DNA of 64,000 bases from assembly GCF_031769215.1 (NCBI RefSeq), contig NW_026782064.1:1674001-1738000 (forward strand), read 5' to 3'. Below the pieces are notes generated by a model. The model was given only the letters and a program-made list of their open reading frames with translations. It did no database searches and had not been told where the DNA came from. A program made the position numbers and the translations under genes. The stretch is from Ylistrum balloti (taxonomy: Eukaryota). Below, piece after piece: positions 55,191 through 64,000 of the stretch. Numbering within the stretch: position 1 is the first letter of the stretch; each line of letters begins with the position of its first letter.

Positions 55191-55908
55191 TCAATGATCA
55201 CAAATACGTAAACATTCCATTTCTGTTTCGAACACATTCACTCGGTTTGTATCATCGCACGTGCTCCAAAGGAAAGGGAAACAGCCCTTCCTCTCGGCAC
55301 TGTAGAAATACCTAGTCATCTTGGGCCAGCATGATCCAGAAGGAGGTCTCTCGAGACAATCTGTAAGGCACGAGATGATTTCGATTGAAATAAGTGTTTT
55401 TGTACATTTATCTTTCTATGTTATAGGTACTCAATATTTCATGTTTTCAACTGAGACAGTGGCAGCTACTAGTGCGTAAGACTAGTTTATATTACTAAAA
55501 GAACTGAGGAAAACCAAAGGTCTTGTGGTAGAAAATAGGAACATACTAACAAGAATATTAAGTGTCAAGAGTACAACATAAACGTCTGATTTAAGAAGGC
55601 ATTCCCTTTCCTTCATCTTATTTGGATTATCTCCCTTATATTACATTCATGACTCGTAACCGTTCTCATGTTCAAACGGAATCGCGTCAAAAAGCACCAT
55701 TTGTGTAATTTTAATGTAGCTTTGAATCCATGAACATTACATCCTATTTGTTTGTCTATACCGAACACATACATTATGAATTTAAATGTCAAGAATTCTA
55801 AAAATAGAAAATAGCACCAATATATTACCTACCCCCTTCGACCTTTCGCCGGAGAGCCAATGTTACTGCGACCATCAATAAACAAATACAAACAAATGTA
55901 CACTTCAT
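55191..55908 (-). CDS. Small secreted single-domain Kunitz/BPTI protein
   Basis: Exon 55833-55908 encodes MKCTFVCICLLMVAVTLALRRKVEG (GGG|gtaggt). Exon 55191-55360 (ccttacag acceptor, phase 1) encodes DCLERPPSGSCWPKMTRYFYSAERKGCFPFLWSTCDDTNRVNVFETEMECLRICDH*, with six Cys in Kunitz order, an RYFY motif and N.F.T..EC...C. Confidence 0.88.
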
Positions 55909-58419
55909 TTTTTGGCTGTTCCTTGATACGATCACCGTTGAGTTATCTGTAATGTAAAACAGCTTGTAATTGTTGACGTAGCTGTTTATTTCATTATCAA
56001 ATACCAGAAGTTTACATCCTAGCATAACCAACGAGACAAGATTTCATTAGATTTGTGAATTTTTTTCTATTTATATCAGTCGAGCTTAAAGAACACAGTA
56101 TTCAAGAATTGTAAGAAATCAATACACCCTCGCTCTCTCTCTTTCTTTATTTGCATGGTATTTCACAAATTGAGAAATCTACCTAGGGTTCAGTAACCTT
56201 CCCAGTGACGAGTTCTGAGTGCCACGATTTGTTGGGAGTGGAATAAGTTATTGTAATTTTTCAAGTTAAAAGAACCACCCATATTTTTAACAAAACAAAG
56301 ACGATTGGTGACACTGTAGATTTAAGATCTTAGTAATGACAAATAAAGAGAAAGAAGAAAGAGATAACAAAGAAACATTCAATGGAACGTGATAACCTGA
56401 ACTAAGTTACACCCTGTTCATGATACCCCTATACAAACAATGGGAACATTGATATGATAGGATAAAATATTTTTTCGTACAACGTGACGCTAGTCAAAAT
56501 GGAACGCCGAACAACATGGATTATTAGCATCATTTTGTATTTGACAATGTCTTTTCATACAATATGAGTGAACAGTAGCTACGCAAATTACGGCATTTGT
56601 AATGAACTATGTATATATTTTTACCAGCCTATGCCTTTTAAGTTGTTTATCATATCTGTATTAACATGAAACAGTAGAAATCTTTGTAAAAGATGCCATG
56701 CGATATCACAAAAATCCTATTTATAAATAACGGTTGAAAGTTCTATTAGTCAACGTCTTGTATGTTGCTTCTCATCTCCATTTTTAAGAAAATGAAATGG
56801 TAGTGGGAAAAGAAAGAAAAATAAATCTCGAGTATGAAGTCATCACAAATGACTAACATGTTTTTATACAACTGAAAGTATTGCTGAAATGAATATTTTT
56901 TGATAAGCAAGTGATAAAGCTTGACGAGAAAGTATGTGAACTTTGGGAAATATATCATTTATTCTATAGATTCCATTGTTATTCATATAGACACACAGGA
57001 ACTCCCAAACCACGATTGAATTAGTGACTATAACTATATGAAATGTTGAATGTGTGACATTTGGTTATTTAAAGTGAAATCATAATAGACTGTATTAAAC
57101 TGGTGTTATTCACTGAGTAACATGGCAATCTTGTGATTAAAACAAAATATCTTTTTGTTCGTACCTTTTAGGCTCTTAATTGTGATGTATATAAATATAG
57201 GTAATCGTCAGGTCAGTACTACGGAAATAATAAATCAGGGTTAGTTTTGTTTTCTCAGTATAACTAATTCTATTCACTTTTATATTGCTATATTAAAATT
57301 AATATAATGCTACACATACAGAGAGATGTATGTACTTACATACTGACTTGTTGGTGACGTTATACACTATATCGAGTCCGTACGAATTTATGTCCAGTTC
57401 TGTTGATGATACAGGGGACAGGTCAGTTTATATATAATGTGATGAGCGACCGTGGGTGTAACATCTGTACGCTAGAGCTTTGGTATAACCCCAAGGGGTG
57501 TACGGACGTGTGTCATACGGTGTCAGCTTCCAGTAATCTATTGTGTCTAAAACATTTATAGATATTTCTATGACATATCGTTTTTGCTCTCAATCTATTG
57601 AGACTACGTTGTATATATTCACTATGTAAACAATTTTTTTCGACGAAAGATAAATCTGAAGGAAATATTGCATTATTTCCAGAAGGGTAGATACTTAACA
57701 ATTATTTTTATTGACAATACAATTACTTTACATACTTATATGATTTTTTTTTATAATTTTGATAAGGTACGTCTTGTTTTGTTATTGAATTTGTAAAGTA
57801 ATATTAACAATCACAATGTTGAAGGAATACCCTTCACAGTATGCAGTCCGCGGTGCCCGCTTGATTTTTATGATTCTGAGGATTCTAAGGTTTCTTCAAT
57901 CAAATCATTTATATCATACTGTACGGAAGAAAACTTTACATTTTTGTTATTGGAGGTTGTTCTATTTTTTTCTCGTGAGAGAGCGAAAGGTACCTTACCA
58001 TGATTCATTCACTTCTTTATTTCATCATTAGTTATATCTTTGCTACAATTTTATCACAAATGATACTGTTAAAATATAATGCATGCTGACACATATATTT
58101 ACAATTATGGTAGTCAAATTTCCCAATCTTACCACAGAAAGCTCAAAAGTTTGAAATATGTATCGTCTGTAAACATTGACGGTTCATGCATATGAGCCCA
58201 AAAGTAAACATTAATGTTGTATGTTTAAATGTCAGACCATGCTAATCATTCATTGCTAGTACCAATGGGTCAAATTAGGTACGCTGTATTTGCGACATCT
58301 CCAACAAATTCATACAAAAATTGGAACATCTGGAACACTACAACAAACACAAAAGTCAAGAGCACACTTTGATACAACTTTACAGTTATATACAGAAGAG
58401 CCAAACAATGTATTATCTC

Positions 58420-58539
58420 TTTCGTCTTTCTAGGACTCGTCAGTAATGTTATATCATACAGCTATTTCGTCTTTCTAGGACTCGTCAGTAATGTTATATC
58501 ATACAGCTATTTCGTCTTTCTAGGACTCGTCAGTGATGC
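58420..58539 (-). ncRNA. Tandem minimal type I hammerhead-ribozyme motifs (45-bp period; two complete, one truncated)
   Basis: Minus strand reads GCATCA-CTGACGA-GTC-CTAGAAA-GAC-GAAA-T-AGCT-G-TA-TGAT: conserved CUGANGA and GAAA core, stem II GUC/GAC, minimal stem III with a palindromic AGCU loop, GUA cleavage triplet, stem I AUCA/UGAU. Confidence 0.72.
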
Positions 58540-61500
58540 TAAGGGCCTAAATTTCGAAGCCGAGAAGGCGATTGCGGAAAATCCAAAGTAACCGAAAGAA
58601 AGGTCAAAATCCAAACTGGGGAGGGGCAACAACTCCATAATTCAATAATTTCGTAATTTTCATGTGTCTGATAATATAAGTACAACGTAAAGCACGTGTG
58701 TATATTCTAAACTGTGTCACTATTCGAATAAATTTAAACGTTCAGTATAAGTCGTAATAGATGTATTTTTTGTTTATAGTCAAAATTATTTCATTAAACA
58801 AATCGGTCAGTGTCAGACTTTGTTCGCGACAACAGACTGAATAACAACAGGTGTCACCCGCCTTCGTACAGGCCACTGTAAACAGATGCGAAGTACACGT
58901 ATCTGGCGTTGATACAGGTGAACGCCTAATTATTAATATCAGGAAGTGCTTCTATTATTTTCAATTAAATATGACAGACAGAGATTTTTATACATCAATA
59001 ACAATTATTGATATTAAGTTTAAATAATTTTATAAGAAAAACATTGTAATATTTTCTGTGGATATTTTTATCAACACTAAGATAAATGGGGTGAGTGTTG
59101 AATAGTCTGCCTACGTTATGCACGTGTCAAAATCAAAACGATACACTGTCGTGAGAACAACATATGGTGACGACAAGCCTTACTAGACAATAACATACAA
59201 CGTCACATTTATGTTAATGCGACCCAGAAGGTTATGTGTATTAAAGCCTCACAATTCAGCTTTCCTTTTTCTCTACTAGATATAAATGGATGTTAAACCA
59301 ACAAAGAAAATACAGACTTGTCACAGAATCTTTAATTCATTTTCAATGAAGTTATAGCAAGAGATTTATACGATTACCACGAAAAATACACACATCTCAA
59401 ATGGGTAACTTCTGCTGATTCAAGCTGCATCCGCAAAGTCAATTTTGGTCAATCCAAGAAAGTAATGTCACGTTCCCAAAATGAGAACATGATATACAAC
59501 AACGGAACCACAAGGCATGCAAACGAAAATCCAACGTACCCAATGTCATATCGCACAATGAACAAGAATATTTTAAGGAAATCGCTGTTTTGACCATATT
59601 GTCTTTCTTTACCCGTGCTATATTTTAAGACTCTGACCTTGTAACTATTTCTGTCTCTCAACGGGCGAGTAAAAATCAGTCAATAAAATTACTTGTGTCA
59701 AACAAAAATCACCGGTATGGTGTTATTAAAACCTGCCAGTATACCGTGTCTACTTTCTATCTATGTACTGTTTAATAAAACAAATATATATGTTCTGATG
59801 ATCAATACTTAGTTAACACAGTTGAGATAAAACACAGGAAAGACACTTGACCTTGTCTGAATATACTGTCTGGAAACCGTGAAAGTGATTGCAATTTCAT
59901 ATACTTATTTTATTTTCAGTGTATACTCGAAATAGAACACCTTGAACATAACTACCTTAACGGTAAGTAGAATGTCCAAAATCTGTCTTTGTAGTAGGGA
60001 TATATTTGTTTTACTTAGACCTTTTTGGTTCAAAAAGTAGATTGCTCATTTCACGAGTTGAATATACCATATTTTTAGGCCTACTTTTATAATACATCTT
60101 ACGTGACAAGAATTATTTGGAGATCGTGATATTACTTGCTTGCATTGACCAAGACTTGCATTATCAGGTCATGAAACCAGGTAATATCTATTCTTTGCAT
60201 TGTTTATATCAATTGTCAGTAAATTCTGGCAATTTACTTTCTAAGTTAACAAACCCATCCTCGAAATTCCAAAACTCCAGGGGTGACAGAGATCGTGAGT
60301 GTTCGTAACCTCTCGGATTTCGAGGATGACAGACCGAATACCTTGAAAGCGGAAACAAAAATCAAAGGCAGACAAGAAATGAAAGATAATTTCGACCGAA
60401 ACAACACATGCCATTGGAAACAGTATGGAAGGTGTTATATCCGGATTAAAAGTTGATAAAATTGATAAAATGATGGATATACATTCATACGACAATGGCG
60501 TAAACGTTTCATATTCTACATGGTGTTTCCTGGAATATCTATAAATTGTTAAGTTGTCATGTACATGATAAATAATGATATCTAACCTGGTAATTTAATA
60601 GGACAGTATCAATTGATACATAGTTTATTGTTTTTCTTCCGTGTGATGTCACGTGATAAATGTGGAGTAGATGGATTGTGGGTGGAGGAATATGAGCAAG
60701 ACTAAAAAGGAATCATGGTTGTAATCAAAAGACAAGGATATAAGTACAGTTACTAAGAATTCAGGTAATTAAATCTGATGTGCAATAAGGATGTCGACTT
60801 TCATTCTCTGAGTTGTACTCACCACGTTTTCTATTTATCATTCATCCCTCTATCGACCATGCTGAATCTGCTTACCATTTCTTTATATTGTGACATTTTC
60901 TTAGGTTACACCAGGCAATATATCGACCTTCTTAGGAGTTGATTACAGCTCTAGTATACAGGAACATCAATTGATCGAATATTTGATTATCTGTGAGCAT
61001 TTGATGTTTATATTATCACTAACGTATGTGACACCAGCCCCAGAATAAGTTATGTTTCAAACCACAGTGGGTAGGTCAGTACATCTTACAGATCTGTAGA
61101 ATTTTTTAGTTGTCATCTCGATACACTAATTTGTAAACAAGATGATGACAAAATCAAACGTTGGGTTAAAAACTGGACTAACTTATACTGATAAATTGCT
61201 GCAGATATCTTACAATTCGTGAAAAGGCAAAAGGATTGACACTTTAACGGTGTTGTGTTGTATAAAGAATGACAATTTGTGTAAGATTTTATTTCTTTCG
61301 CTACTAAAGACAGTCAGTATTTATCTGAAAGTTACAGAATATTATACATTTAGGTAATCACTTTCTATCCAGCCTCGATCACATATTTAGTACACCTCTA
61401 TATATTGTGCTATAATTTTGAATCCGACGTCCTTTTCACTTACAGACAAGCATCGACATTCATCGTTGTCATCTGAGAAGAAAGAATGTACATGGCATAC

Positions 61501-64000
61501 TATATAACAATGTACGGTTTTAGGAAGTTCATAGTCCTACCATGACTGGAGTATTTTACCTTAAAACCTGTAGATGTGTTCAAACTGTTTTGATCACCTT
61601 GATGGTGATGATATATACAATGCTTAGTGAAACTAATTATTGCCAGCAAAATTGAACGATGTGATACGGGATAAGTGTTTTAACATAGATGATTTGAAGT
61701 TAGATAATACCAGAAGATAAAACAAACACAAGTGATTCGATTTAAAACAGTTTATCGTAATGTATGGCATCAACATCGTTTGAACTTATTGACACTTCCG
61801 ACAACACAATAGCAAATTGTAAATCGATGTAGTTTAGACACACAATGAGTTTGCAGGTACAGAGGTAATGTCCGGATATCGATAATTACATAATTAGTTT
61901 GAGCTAATTATCAAGTCAGTCACGAGCATTGAAGAAAAGTATTGGCAGCTGTTATTTGGTAAAACAACATCATACGTCACGGAAATCGAATGAGTACTTC
62001 AACACTAATCAGCACAATACTCAGAATTATTTCGCATTTAACAATTGATCACATTTTGCACTCCGTAAACTATCGACCAGAACGGAAATTCCGTAATTGT
62101 ATATAGTGATTGTATCTGTATGTGATCCTAAATATATATCTACCACTGTATTTATGTGTAGGACATTGATAATGCATTTCAGAAAACACCCACCTGGTTT
62201 CTAAACTTTCTTACAGTTTTACGATAGCTACGGACTGGGTATAATTGGTGTACCAATACTTTAATGCACCTTTGAAATGTCAATTTGTTCTGTATTATTT
62301 TTGAACAATTACAAAATGTATTTTTCTATTGAAGTTTACTTTATTTTCTTGGTCATGCTTGAGAAGTAAACGAGAGTGCATATCTAAAAATGATATATGT
62401 TAAACATGTACAATCAGAGTTTGGTGTCCTTATTAGTTAGTCTGACGTTTTTAGAGCGACACAACAATTCAATAACGTCATGTTTTGCCTGCCCCTGCTG
62501 TGCGAAGTACTTGTGGTACGGGCACGAAAAATCAACCGCTGATGTTTTGTCGCAGTAGTTAGCTCTGAATACATTTACATGATGTCACTCCTCGAGAGAC
62601 TTTTGACGTAATTATGAAGTACATCAACATGTTTGTTTATTTTGATTAAGTTTGATTTCTTGATACTTGAAATATCAGATAGAGTGTGCTTTAAACCTTT
62701 TGTTTAACTTAAATAACAGAAAATACATAATGAAGTCAAGAATTGATCCTACCGTTTTCACAAGTCTTATGTAAACATACTTCCACCTTAATTCCCCTGC
62801 CATTCGTTTCTTATATGTTATCGCTACTAAACCATATGCTTTTCACTTAACCATAAGCCTTTAAAATTAAAAAAAAAAGACAAAAAAGTTGGTGTATTAA
62901 GGCATAAATTTTGAAACATCAAAAATGAAAATCGACCTTGGCTTCCACTTTAATGAACCGAAGACTGAAATTAGGTATAAAGAACCTTTTCTTAGTTGAG
63001 AGCCAAGAGACCTGTTGAGTCAGTTAAATGTCTTCAAACCTGTTTACCGCAAAGTGATTAAAATCACCTTTGATTATAGTATACGTTTTCTGTCAAAATT
63101 TTACAAAAGTCTGCGTGTTGTTTTGATTAAAAGATATTTGGAGACAGTTTGACAGGGGCGAATCTATAAGAAGGTTCCAACGCGTGGTGAAAGTAAAGGT
63201 GGACGTACTAGTACGAGGAGGCCGCCTGCAGATTGTTTGTTCTGAGTCAATATTTTGTACAACGTCACAAAAATTGGTCCCGTTTTAATTGGTTCTGTAA
63301 ACACCACACGTGCGTTGAGCATAATGCAATTTACGTACAAGGGAGTAGCGGAATTTGTGAGGATCATTCCATCGGTATAAATTAAACAGGAGAAAACAAG
63401 TTCAAGTGCAAAGTCTGTCAACTAAAACAATTCTTGAAAGGACGGATGTTGGGTCTTAACAGGTAGTATCTGCATTTTCATGCTACAAGCTATGTCCGTT
63501 ATCAAACAAGGTAATACCAAAGCCATTACATTGTAAATTTCACATAAATTATTTGCTTAACGATAAAGGTTTCCGTCACAATTAACCCATTGATTTTACA
63601 TATATCGAACGCAAATATAGGTAAAGGTGTGTTTACCTGTGTACCTACCGACGACACAGTCGATCGGCAGTCGTCCAGATAGCCAGTGACTGATGATCAT
63701 ATATTGACTCTCGCGTAACACAGATAGTACATTAATGCCAGGCCGGAAGGACAATGTAGACACGGCAGACAGATAACACGGACAAAACTCATCTTCATGT
63801 ACAGCGTTGGGGATTCATAAAGCCAAGGAATAGAAAAACAAAACCTATTGCATACAGTCTATTTATCTTCTAATGGATTAGCGAATGCATACTGATAATT
63901 CCGTCGGTTTTATGTAGCATTACAGAATTTACTGTGAACCCTTTTTGAATGAAAATTTGCAATGTTACTTGGATGACTAAGAAAACTATTTGAGATATAC

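Noticed and set aside
63164-63800. GC-richer patch with ORF 63164..63421 and a donor-like site near 63638; a faint Kunitz-like ICRRPP...RW in another frame
   Set aside because: The required cysteines and spacing are absent, stops interrupt the frame, and no coherent gene model results.

Overview
AT-rich, intron-containing animal genomic DNA, probably a bivalve mollusc (inferred from the protein and repeat types, not confirmed). Most of the window is a head-to-head pair of nuclear genes whose start codons are about 880 bp apart. On the minus strand is a 17-exon MYM-type zinc-finger gene (ZMYM2/3/4, woc family; about 1,618 codons, with the last codon running off position 1). On the plus strand is an 8-exon DBHS RNA-binding gene (NONO/SFPQ/PSPC1, nonA/hrp65 family; 636 aa). 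I assembled both gene models by hand and all splice phases are consistent. The four tandem arrays in ZMYM introns each carry RNA-processing signals in the sense orientation. (1) A 59-bp array reiterates an exon end and forms 48-nt in-frame AG...GT units that mostly encode K-x-T-Q-T (LC8/DYNLL-type) motifs. (2) A 40-bp array reiterates another exon end plus its donor. (3) A 49-bp array carries GTAAGT. (4) A 52-bp array repeats an AATAAA-CA-GU-rich poly(A) cassette about 30 times behind the zinc-finger exon. Downstream of the DBHS gene lie a candidate phase-consistent multi-exon gene with one in-frame TGA and a sharp CpG boundary near 48.2 kb. Beyond that are a convergent pair of small secreted protease-inhibitor genes (antistasin-like and Kunitz) and a family of minimal hammerhead-ribozyme motifs, including a 45-bp head-to-tail tandem. 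All calls were made by eye; no searches were run.
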